A DNA stretch of 64,000 nt from Mytilus californianus. Its lineage: Eukaryota. The DNA lies in contig NW_026262712.1 in NCBI RefSeq assembly GCF_021869535.1, positions 78,988,001-79,052,000 on the forward strand, read 5' to 3'. The notes under the pieces were generated by a model. It was not told the DNA's origin and did not search any database. It saw only the letters and a list, made by a program, of their open reading frames with translations. The position numbers were made by a program, and so were the translations under genes. Below, one piece after another: positions 1 through 11,610 of this stretch. The stretch's first letter is position 1. The number at the start of each line of letters is the position of its first letter.

Positions 1-689
1 CAAGCCCAGAAATAGGACAAAGTAAGGAGATATTGAGGATTGGAATACAATAGATATAACAAGGACTAGAACGCCTATAGTTACTGCCTACTACTATCTG
101 TACATGTCTTTTATCATGTGTTCTACTTTTATGACACATGGTCTAGAACGGCAAGGTGGGAGTTTGTGTGCGTTTAAAACTGGATTAACCCAAACACATT
201 TTGTGCATTTACCAAATCCGGTTTTTAATTACCTTGCGTTGTTCGTTGTTTCTATTTGTTTGTATGTCCTTTTTTTTGGAGGAGACGGGTGTGGATGGTT
301 ATGTTATGATTTGTTTTTGTGCTGTACAATATTTTTATTAATTCCTGTCGTCCTGTTTATATTTTATTATCTGCACAGGAAACATTAAGAGTGTTTTTAA
401 ACGAAAACAATCAAAGATGCATGCCTACAAAGGAGTTTTAATTAGCTTATTGTGTTTATTGGCAACGATCTTTAAGATTGCTGTCACAAACAAATTTTAT
501 TAAAGTAACAATGCCATTTTTCGGTTGCGACAGGAACAGAATTAATATTGATTAATCGCAAATTAGTTGCGCAATCATGAGACGGTTTACTTCTAACTGC
601 AAGTGCAAATCTAATATATTTCCCATTTACATGGTACTCTGACAATTCATTTCTCTATTGTTTAACATTAATAGATCAACTGCTTATAA

Positions 690-788
690 ATCAAATATAT
701 GTTTGAAATATTTTCCCTTTTGTGACGTGAAAAAATTCTATTATATATAACGTCAGAAAATGAAAAATATTTCAAACGGGTATTTGAT
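690..788. repeat. About 100-bp imperfect palindrome (hairpin-type repeat)
   Basis: Arms tcaaata/tatttga, gtttgaaatatttt/aaaatatttcaaac and tgacgt/acgtca. Confidence 0.65.
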
Positions 789-2116
789 TTGAAAATAGTT
801 AAAAGTATGATTTTTTGTAATTGTTTAGACCGCAAATGATATAAACTTTTAATTAGACCAATTGCAGTATATCAGTATCTTTTATCATTCAGATGCCGTA
901 ACAACTTAATAAATATCATGGATCATATCCAGAAATCAACGCCACTTTGCTTATTTGAATATTATACTAAAGAAATCGGATACGGGTCACGAAATTATAT
1001 TGAATTGATAGGGAATTTTGAAAAAAATGTCTGTTTAAACTTTAATTTAAGTGATAGACAGGTTGCCGGGACAGAAAATAAATATACACAACAATATACA
1101 CCATTTAAACGAAACATAATGACTCAAGGTTCCTGAGCTATTTTAAAAATCGAAGCGAGAGGCTTTTCACATTCAGTATAAAATACAGGCTAAAATGGCT
1201 GAAACGTCAAAATTGCAAACTTCGTGTTGAAAATTGGCTAACAAGGTCATTACAAAAACAGGTTGCCGGGATGAAACTTGAAACTTGAATGTCCAAAGAA
1301 TAAGCAAGTCCAAACCTTGTATGTGTAATCGTTGAACTCTAGGTTCCCACGTAAATTTAAAATGCCCCTATTTCAAGAAGAATAAACTCACGAAAACACG
1401 AAAAATTCACTAAATTCGCGTTCATTGTTTTGATTTTGACCGCCTGACAACTTTACGGAAGTATCAGAGTGATTATAAACAAGGACTCTGTGACGGGCAA
1501 CTTATAATATCCGTGTTTTAAAGATTGTAATGACATCAAGCCAGTCCAGTTCAAACTATTATCACGTGGTACAATTCTCATATACATGTTATGAATATTG
1601 ATTAGCAAAAGTACTAATAATTTCCTTTATATGAAAAAAAACAAAAAAAACAAAACAGGTGTTAACATTAACTAATGTTGTCTGATGGGCGAATGTGAAC
1701 ACTTTTTCAAATTGAAATACATGTAGTATTCCACATACTTGTCTCGAAATCACAAAACACTGGCATTGACTTGAAGACTAACTCTATGAAAAAAACACTA
1801 GAAAATTGTGATAAGGTTAGACGAATATCTCTTGTTTGGTATTTGATTAAATAAAATTCTGAAAAATTTGTTGTGGAGCTAGTGTTTTAAATGTTATATT
1901 TGAATAATTACATGTATATTTCATTATAATACGTTATTTTGATTGGCTAACAGCAATCTCGCGTCATTCTGAAATTAACCTTCATTTCAAAATTTCAAAA
2001 TTAAATGGAACATTCATGATGACACGAGCTTCCACAATAAAGTGCACAGGTAAATTAAAGAAAAACTTGATAGAAATCGTGTTTTCATGATCCTAGATAA
2101 AAAAAAAATGTAATTA

Positions 2117-2250
2117 TAAGTATTGAATGCTTCTTTTAGTAATCTTATAGGGTTGTAAAAGCCTTGACCGTGTGCACATTTTTACAAAATGTACTTCGGT
2201 CAACGCTTTTACAACACAATAAATTTACAAAAAGAAGCATTCAATTCTTA
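2117..2250. repeat. About 130-bp imperfect palindrome ending a dispersed repeat (about 1900-2250)
   Basis: Arms attgaatgcttctttt/aaaagaagcattcaat and gttgtaaaagc.ttgaccg/cggtcaa.gcttttacaac. Confidence 0.7.
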
Positions 2251-2924
2251 AATCAATTAGATTTAGAAATTAGGGCTTAGCTATTTTAAACCAATATTGG
2301 AATATAATATTTTGTACTCTAATTGAAAAGTCGCCACTTAGAAAAATAAATGTCACACACACTGCATGTAAAAGTTTAAAAATTCAATATAATAATTACA
2401 AAAGGGATCAAGCCAAAATATCTTCAAAGATGCAAGTTTGCTAGAATTCTGTCAATACTTTTTTGAGGAGATGCGGATTAACAAATTATCAAAGCAGAAA
2501 TGGTGAATTCCATCATTTGGCATAGAAGACCTGTGAATCACTCAGATTCAAAAATGTAATACAATTAAGGAGTACATACTCCGTGTTCAAAGAGTTGTAG
2601 AAAAGCAAAGTGGCACACTGCTGACGAAGAGGCACCCTACCTGTGTTTGTCTCTCTAGCTTTGCTGATAAGATAGTCCAAGATTCAGGTACCCTTTTTAT
2701 CACAATCTTGTGACCAATATTCAAAATTTGGTCCTTGAAAAAATAACTTAATGTTGTGGTTTTCGAGGAGTTGGGGATTTACCAGGTGTAAATTGTATGG
2801 CTTTAGCAATGGTCCCGACATGTGAAATTGATTAGGATCAGTGTGAGTGCTTATTTATGGATTTCGGGCTAGTGAGGTTAAAGTCAGTGAATGAGTGTAA
2901 GGTGTACGATGAACACACAAGAAG

Positions 2925-3650
2925 TGATCCTTAAGATTCGCCTATTTCAGTTGCAACCTATAGACCGATTTCTTTGGTAAGTGTTCTCGGTAAAATTATG
3001 GAAAGATGTGTAAATAAGCCTACTAATAACTACCTACTTGAAAATAAGATATTGACAGACAACCAGTGCGGATTTAAAACTGGCGACTCGGCTATCAACC
3101 AATTATTAGATATTTCCGGCGAATTAGGGAGACCTTTAAACAAGACGAAGGAACTTTGGGTTATATTTTGTGATATAAGTGAAGCTTTCGATAGAGTTTA
3201 GAATAAAGGGTTACTACATAAGTTAGAAGCAATTGGTGTAACGGACCAGTTGCCGCGCTGAATAAACTATTTTTCAGAAGTAGGAAGCAACGAGTGGTTA
3301 TTAATAATAAAAAGTCAGATTGGCGTTGCGAGACTTAAATCCAAATGCTCCTCAAGGATCAAGCCTTGGTTCATCTATTTTGTATCTCCATAAATGATAT
3401 TGTAACTGAAGTTCAGTAAAACATAAATTTTTTTGCAGATGACACGAGTGGGCAGCAAGTTAATGAAGCATCAAAGCTTAATGAGGATTTGAAGAAAACT
3501 TACTATTGGTATTGGTCTGAGAAGTGGTTGGTAAATTTTAATGCTAGCAAAAATGAGAGTATGGCCATATCCCAGAAAATTAACAATAATTTTACCTTCA
3601 GCTTTACATGAATAACTTCTCTTTACATTCTGTAATAAACACAAGCATCC
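2925..3650 (+). mobile_element. Decayed CR1/L2-type non-LTR retrotransposon RT fragment
   Basis: YRPISLVSVLGKIMER...NQCGFKTGDSAINQLL...FCDISEAFDRV, PQGS and FADDT (about 3436) motifs, with stops and frameshifts. Confidence 0.9.
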
Positions 3651-3677
3651 TGACGTTATACTGTTAAAACAATTTAT

Positions 3678-3817
3678 ACTTATTGACTGGGTATGAGTGG
3701 AATAATAAACTTATTGTCCTCCGAGGTGCAACTATTGCCCTGAGGCGTAGCCGAGGGCAATAGTAGTATCAGAGGGGACAATAAACTTACTAATCCACGA
3801 ATATCCAGTCAGTAAGT
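3678..3817. repeat. 140-bp imperfect palindrome with gaggcgtagccg centre
   Basis: Arms acttattgactgg/ccagtcagtaagt, ttattgtcc/ggacaataa and actattgccct/agggcaatagt. A related centre (tgagagccgaggg) occurs at about 51119-51186. Confidence 0.7.
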
Positions 3818-3891
3818 GTTTTATTATACCGAAAGAGACAACAGACACAAAGTTATGCCAAGGACTGAACAACACAGCTGACCAAAATCCA

Positions 3892-4864
3892 TTTTTGTCT
3901 CGCCTTGACGGAGTCAAAAAGCGAGACATAGGTATGCTGTTTCCGGCGTCGCCGTCAACAATGTATTAGTTTGTGATTATGTCTAGTTCATAGTGAACCA
4001 CTAGTGGTAGGTCAATGATATTTAGTATGCAGTTGTATTAGCATTGGCACATCTCATTACCATGGAGATTATTTGGCCTTGCCCCCTCAGTCAAGGTCTA
4101 CTGACTTTGAAAATTTTCATAGTTTACATGTATTAGTTTGTGATTAGGTCAATTTATGGGGAACCACTAGTGGTAGGTCAATGATATTTGGTATGCAGTT
4201 GTATAAGCATTGGCATATCTCATTTCCATGGAGATTATTTTGCTCCGTCCCCTTAGTCATGGTCAAAATGTTGCTAAGTTAACATGTATTAGTTTGTGAT
4301 TAGGTCAGTTCAAGGGGAACCATAAGTGGTAGGCCAATGCTAATTGGTGTTCAGTTGTATAAGCATTAGCACATCTCATTTCCATGTAGAATATTTGGCC
4401 CCGGCCCCTCAGTCATGGTCTTTTTTATTTGAAACTTTTGCTTAGTTTACATGTATTAGTTTGTGATTAGATCAGTTTAAGATGAACTGCTAATGTTATG
4501 TCAATGATATTTGGTATGCAAATTTATTGGCATTTGCAAGTATCGTTTCCATGGAGATTATATAGCCCCACCCTTGATCATGGTTCATTGACTTTGAAAA
4601 TTTTTACATAGTTTACAAGTTAAGGTTTGTGTTTAGGTTTGTTTAAAGGGAACGACTTATAATAAGTCAATGGTGTTTGGTATGCAGTTGTATTAGCATT
4701 GGCACATCTCATTCCATGAAGATTGTTCAGCCATGTACCTTCAGTCATGGTTCATCGACTTTGAATATTTGCATAACTTACATGTTAAAGTATTGCTATT
4801 TTAATTTCAACATTTGCATTATCAAAATAACAAAAAGGCGAGACATATCTCTGTGATAACAGTT
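3892..4864 (+). mobile_element. Helentron-type non-autonomous element (HINE/DINE-1/pearl-like) with internal tandem array
   Basis: 5' subTIR tttttgtctcgcc plus nearby inverted copy gcgagaca (3921-3928); 3' subTIR aaaaaggcgagaca (4832-4845) followed by hairpin ctgt-gata-acag; five units of about 156-167 bp starting at 3961, 4128, 4284, 4451 and about 4617. Confidence 0.8.
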
Positions 4865-5539
4865 TATTACATTTGTAAGAGACAACGGACACATAGTGTT
4901 GACAATTATCCGATTGCAAATGTTTTTAGATCGCCGTCTTTTTCTTTAAGGTAGTCGGAAATAATCTTTTCAGCAGTTCGGACGACTGTTTTTTGTGTTT
5001 TTGGCATTCTTGTCCTTAAATAATCTTTCTAGATCTCCATCGGAAAGCGACGCAAATAGCCCTAAATGAGCCATGATCATGTCGTCTGATGCGACTTGGT
5101 GTGTGTTCGAACGACTCGGGAATCGACGTTAATAATTGAGATGAATTCCCATAGTCCCGAATGAATGGTTAAAATCCCGTTAGCCAATCCCGTAGCTGCA
5201 GTTGAAATTCCGCGAATTATAAAGACGCTTGCGGTCAAATAATTTCATCGAGGGCAAATAGTTGGAAACTATTGACCGGTCAAATAGTTCAACGCTTGCA
5301 ATTTGAAAAATAGTGAAAACATTATGTACTTATTCAATATAGAAAATGATAACTGAGGTATAATAATGGCAATTGGCATACGATTGGCAATCATACCACA
5401 TCTTCTTTTTTATATGTAGTCATCAGCATGTATTTATAGTTTGGTCTGTTTATTTTTTTATTTAGGGAAAGGTTTTTATATAAGAGCACTGCTGTTCTTT
5501 CCTAATACAATTTGCTTAATTACTTTAAGAATAAGAAAA

Positions 5540-5813
5540 TGTGTTTTTGATTGACAATGAGACAATTCTCCACCAGAGACCAAATGACGTTGAAGGTTAA
5601 CAATTATAGGTTACCGTACGGCCTTCAACAATGAGCAAAACCCATACCGCATAGTAATCTATTAAAGACCCCGAAATTGCAAGTGTAAAACAATTTAAAT
5701 GAGAATACTGATTATAACTGCTTGATTTATGTACAAAACAATAAAAACAAAAAAAAAGTACAGAAACAAAGGACAATCACTGAATTACAGGCTCCTGACA
5801 TGGGACAGGCATA
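5540..5813 (-). mobile_element. Family 4 element truncated inside the twister module
   Basis: Terminus motif plus P4/L4 cctgacatgggacagg (5794-5809), after which homology ends. Confidence 0.7.
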
Positions 5814-6964
5814 TATTGTTTCCTTCGTATTAATTTATTCTTGTAGTTATACTTGACGAGTTCATTAATAAAACATGTTTACACTAACATGTAAAAGCTT
5901 TTAAAAATAAAATGTAATTTAATAGCTCAGAAGTAGTGGCTTGTGTTTGATGTTGAGATAATATAAACCGTAATGCAATAATAAACCAGAATCCGTAGAT
6001 AAATGTAACCTTAATTCTGTATGAACCTTTGTTCAGTTACTATTCAAAATGTATCCACTGAAAAAAATATCAATCCTCCTCTACGACTTCTAGTTGTCTA
6101 AATAATGATCAAAACTTAAACGGAACTGAAAAACGAACAGACAAAACGGTATGTCACCTTCCTTACTCTCTTGAGCGGAGCATAACACTTTTGTCCCCTG
6201 TTAAATTATAAATGCAAAACTGCATTCCAAATAATATTACAAATAGTCACATAACTCAGTTCAATATTCATATTTTAATTCTTTCGCTATAATCAACTTA
6301 TTACAAACTTTGTCGTAGCCCATGTGATATATGTCTGGACCTTGGCGCTTGAGCAAATTATCTAATGATAAAAGGGAAGCCAAATAATATTAATATGTAC
6401 GCTGTGAATCACGCTATTCCCTATGCTAACAAAGTTTGATAACTGATTTACTTGTTTTTCTTTAATTGGTCTGATCTCTAGACACAAAGAAGCCGTATAG
6501 AGCAAATCAAGTTGTAAAGATGGCGACTTAAAATTGGACCGCCCCAATCAGTTATTCAATCAATTGATGAAAGAATTTATATCAAGATATAAAGTAAACC
6601 ATTTTGTGTATGCGTTTTAAATAGATATTTAAATGCTATAAGATTCTATGAACAGCAAAACATTTCAGAAAATAATTTATATTGTCATATTAAAGCTTTA
6701 GAATAATATCGAACATTGCAATTATGAAATAACTGAAATTGAAAGTAGTTGATACTGTACATGTATATTCCGTGATGAAACTATAATCCAGGATTAAAGG
6801 TAAAAAGATTACAGTGCGGTCGTGATAATCCCCGCGATAATCGGTCAACAAAATTGTAAATTATACATTATTATGAGTATTAAATGGTACGTATAATAAC
6901 ATACATGACCATCAGGTGAATGACCAGATGATATCACCATCCCGTCACAGGATAAATATAAGTA

Positions 6965-7520
6965 GATATAAAATATTGAGATGTGAAATGATTGCCAAGG
7001 AGACAACTATCCAAAATTAAAAAAACGACGAAGTTGTTAGCAACTAACATTCACCGTGCGGCCTTCAGAAATTAGCAAACTCCGCACCACATAACAAGTT
7101 ATAAAAGGCCCCGACATGACAAATTTTAAACTATTCAACAAAACAACAAACAAATAAATTAAACAAATATGTACAGCACCAAACGACAAGCATTGACTTA
7201 CATGCTCCTTACTTTGGACAGGCACATACCAAATGATGCGGGGTTTGACATGTTTATAGAAGCCCAGTCCTCCCCTATGCTGGGATAGTCGTATAACAGC
7301 ACAACGTAAGAACGAATTATAAAAATCAAATGAAAAGGGCTTCACGCATCAGATAGATACAACGAACAAAAACAACTAACAAAAGTTAACACTAACGAAA
7401 TAAAGTACCGATTTGAAAGTACTCGCAGTTATTGAATGTTAGTTCAAAACCAATAACACTTAAAGAAAAACTCACACTTCCAAGACAAAATATCAATCAG
7501 TACACATCCAATAGATTTAG
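6965..7520 (-). mobile_element. Family 4 element with decayed twister module (7201-7282)
   Basis: Same terminus and internal motifs as 45625-46045. Confidence 0.7.
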
Positions 7521-8369
7521 TGTCGTTTAGAGGCGTCATAAACAGTTTAGAGAAAACATAACCTTGTGCAATGACAAAATAAAAGTATCGACTGGATATA
7601 GAACCGTTAGCGTAAATAGCTCTATAGCAATGCATACTAGTATTTGATTATGTTTTAATTTACTGTATGAGTACATGTACAAATCAAAACAATATTCAAA
7701 AAATTTATTACAGTTACAATTCTTTGCCTTTTATAATAAGTTTAGTCAAAGGATCGATGAGCTTACATGGATCGTATATAAGTTTACGGCCTCTAATACA
7801 ACAGCATCTTAAAAATAAGGTTTGTAAAACGTATTCTACAGGTACGAGGTTTATTACAGTTACATTATTACGTACATTTACAAACAAAATGTATCATTTA
7901 AATCATGCTAGTTCTTAAGCATTGGCAACATTGTGGATTGTACATGCGGGGACTGATAGTCCACCAGAAGCGGTATCGAAACACAGGTAGAAAAAAGTAT
8001 GCTGATGATTGCATCTGGAATGGCCTTCACCAGATACGACTAAGACCTCAAGTTCCCTATTCTTTGAAAAGAAGTGCACTTATTTGTATTACAAATGAAC
8101 CAAAAGAAGACATTGTCAAAACAATTGACGTTAAGATATGTCACAGATTTGTCTGAATTCAACCAGTGAATTCCGACGGATACTATTCGTGTGGCAACAT
8201 ATAATTTATGCCAGGCCAAACATGAAAATATCTAAACTTGTTAATTTTATTCTTATATATATATTGATGATTAAACAAAAAAAAACTTTCGTCAGTAAGT
8301 CCTACCATTTTGTATATCCTAGCGAACTGGAATATAAAGATACCATATAGACTTCATATATTATGTATA

Positions 8370-8680
8370 CAAAAAGGAGATGTGGTATGATTACCAATGA
8401 CAAAACTATCCTCAAAAGACCAAAGGAAATGGATGTAAACAACTACAGGTAACCGTACAGCCTTCAGCAATGAACAAAACCATTACCATAAAAACCCCTG
8501 TCATAACCAAATGAGAAACAATCATTGGAGAAAACCAACGACCTGCTTTATGATCAAAACATTTAATGATGAACAAAACCAGCACCCCTCAACCACCGAC
8601 AACCACTGAAAGGTTCATTAAGAATGCAGCGAGGTGAAACATGTTTGTGAGCGCTCAATTCTCCCCTAAACTTGAACATG
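8370..8680 (-). mobile_element. Family 4 element with P4/L4 of the twister deleted
   Basis: Terminus motif; retains aaacatgttt (8637-8646) and tgagcgctca (8648-8657) palindromes and ctcccct. Confidence 0.65.
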
Positions 8681-9526
8681 TTCGGTTGAGAGTTCATTAA
8701 ATGTGAGTGTTATACCCACTCATGTGTTCGCTTGTCTGTATGTGGAATTTTTAGTTTGAAAATACTTTTGCTAAACTACCATCATACTTATCAGTTGCTA
8801 TATTCACTGTATCTATTCATCAGTAATAAGTGTAATGAAAAAAAGTTGGTTTATAATATTTGGGGGATTTCTTGTTATATTATTTTATATTGTCTATAGC
8901 AAAATAATATTATGATGACTTCATGCGTACATGGTCCGACAATGAGACATATATCTAGTTTATATACGTTATCTATTAGAGCGCACGCGATGAAGCTAAA
9001 TAAAGAAATGGTTATCGTGTGCGTTTATTAAATTTGAATGTATTTGTTTACAGATATATAATAAAAAGATATACTAAATTGATTTGTTGTATTATTTTCA
9101 GAAACTTTAGATGACGTCAAGATCAAAATGGTCTATTTAGACTTAATCATTATTAATTATGAAAATAACATTGACATGATATAGTAGATTGCTCTTTCGA
9201 CACAATTATTCTCACTATTTTAGAATTAATGCTATCGTTATTATATTATTTTATCACTTATGTATCTCTTTATAGCTAGTTCGTATATTGTACCTTAAAA
9301 TATGACTTTGAAGTTACTTTAAAACAAACGTGCATGCACTATTTCTTCAGCTGTTTACTTTAATTGTTGACTATCAAGAAATAAATAAATATACGTAATT
9401 TTTTGTACAAGTTAAAAGTTAAAGACGTTTTGTACAAGTTATCGTTTAATTTTGTTATCTGCTTTTGCTAGGTGATTCACTTTCATCTTAACCAGCTTGA
9501 TGTTTGACTCACAATTGTATGCACGT

Positions 9527-9790
9527 CAAAAGAGAGACGTGAGATACCATAGTGATATTCAAACCCATAAGTCGAAAACAAACTGAGAATGTCATGCATA
9601 AAAACAAAACAAAACACGATTTAAAGATAAGCAGCAGGATACAAAACACAACATACAAAACTAAATACTGAGCAACACGAACCCAACTGGAGACAGGAGT
9701 TGATCTCAGGTGCTTATGACGCGTAAGCAAATCCTGCTCCACATGTAGCACTTGTCGTGTTGTTCATGTAAGTACAAATTCAGCGATAAG
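9527..9790 (-). mobile_element. PLE family 3 3'-end element with complete structured module (9673-9762)
   Basis: Shares gataccaa.g.gatattcaaac.cataagtcgaaaa and actgagcaacacgaaccc motifs with about 19165-19270, 36015-36085, 46135-46330 and 53575-53760. Confidence 0.65.
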
Positions 9791-10273
9791 TTTAATTCGA
9801 TGAGAAATTTGACCTAACAGATTTTCTATATCATGCTGTTGTGATTGTTTTCACTTTTAGTTTTGTATCTTGTCACTTGATATAACACCTAGTAATCGGT
9901 ACAAATGTAGGTTGTTTCTAAAAACTTCACATGTTTACACATGCAGTAAAAAGGTTAAATCATTATTAGGATTATAATCATCCTCATTAATTTACCCGAG
10001 TTATTAATCTTTTTTTATTAGAAACTGATACACCTTGTGAACAACATGAATTTCGTGAGAATTAAAGAATTTGTCGTTCAAGAACGTTTTGCCTTATATG
10101 TCTGCCTTTTAGAAGCTTTTTCCAGTGAAGTTCATGTAGAACGTTTATTGTTTTATTAATATTTCCGGTTATCAAATTTGGAATTAATTTTAAATAAAGG
10201 AACGTATCTCCCTCTTGCATAGCGCTGTTGTCCTTGTCCGGGTTAAGTTTTACTTTTGGTCCTTTTTGACATC

Positions 10274-10655
10274 AATTTCCCCCCATCTTAGCAGCAATAT
10301 ACCAACTTCACCTGCATATGGGATATACATTTCCCAACTCATTCGGTATTCAAGAGCTTGCAGCTGTTACTCAGACTTTGTAAAACTTCACCAGTGTCTG
10401 AGCAGATGGTTGATGAACCAGGTTTAATATGTCAAAGAACGTCTCGTTCTTTTTCTAAAAAAGTTCATCGGAAGATACCAAGACATTGTTGATAAATATT
10501 CCGTATCAACTTCACAAATAGTTCATGGTGGTCTTTGAGTATAGATTCTAGGTACTGACGTTGTCTATCATCTTAATTACGTATTATAGTGTTCTTTTTA
10601 TTTGTCTTTGTATATTTTTAACCTTTACTGTTTAGTCCATTTTAGGTACATACTT
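10274..10655 (+). mobile_element. PLE family 2 RT C-terminal fragment plus start of 3' UTR
   Basis: NFPHLSSNIPTSPAYGIYISQLIRYSRAC...[frameshift]...YVKERLVLFLKKFIGRYQDIVDKYSVSTSQIVHGGL* (stop about 10536-10538). Confidence 0.85.
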
Positions 10656-11149
10656 TTAGCGTGGCTTATATTAAAGGTAAAATAATTTCTCTTTTTAAAA
10701 ATGAGTAAGTGTTTTCTACCCAGATTCTCTGTATACAATTATAATAGTTATGGACATATATTGAATGAGAATTATACATGGAGATATCATGAGATACTAA
10801 CCCTATAACAACGCACCTTTTCCTGAAGTGTCATAAAGTATAAAGAGTATCCTTCATGAAATTCTATACGGTCTTTAAAAATTGAGACACCAGATGTGGT
10901 TGTGTATTTATTCATCCCGCACAGCAGAACAGACGCACCTATTTACCCAAGAGTTACTTTCGGGTTGCGATAAGACCAGAGGACCATATTTTACTACACC
11001 AGTCAACCCTTGCGGTTTGGGTAGCAAAGCTAACGAACAATTAATTGTTTTGTTATAAATTAGGCCGTCAGTTTGTTCCAATCCAATTAGTTATGATAAT
11101 GCTATAAAATATTACTAAATTTTGCAGTTGATGAAATCGAATATCATTT

Positions 11150-11610
11150 AAGTGCAGTTGATGAAATGGAATATCATTTAATTCATTTTCCAGTCTTGAT
11201 TTTGAAACTCGTGACTATCAAAGTTGCATCAACTGACAAAATATTTGTATTCCTCATCTCAGATATGGACTTTCACCTCATTTTCTCATCAATGAATATT
11301 ATGTCAAGATGACTTATTTTTTAGACCCTCCTGACTATAAAAGATGCATCTGCTTACAAAATATTATATCTCCACGAGTTGTATCTCAGATATTGACTTT
11401 AACGCAAACTTTAATCAGTCACTCATATATGAAATGTAGGTCAAGATGACCTTATTTTTATCAGGACCCTTGGTTATTCAAGACGCATCTATGAACAAAA
11501 TATCATGAACTATGACTTATACTTCCACAGATAGATGGACTTTAACTTTGTGACGGACAGATGAAACACTATATCCCTTCCCCAACTTCGTTTGACAAAA
11601 GATATAAAAA
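11150..11610 (+). repeat. Degenerate dispersed repeat with about 115-bp subunits (HINE-like)
   Basis: Recurrent gactat.aaag.tgcatc...acaaaata...ctcagata tggacttt blocks, ending gacggacagatgaaacactatatccc. Confidence 0.45.

Noticed and set aside
104-388. 94-aa hydrophobic ORF and the many other 60-120 aa ORFs in the track
   Set aside because: They fall in AT/T-rich repeats (150-225 is itself a decayed twister-like relic) or start at non-ATG codons; no domain signatures, consistent with chance ORFs.
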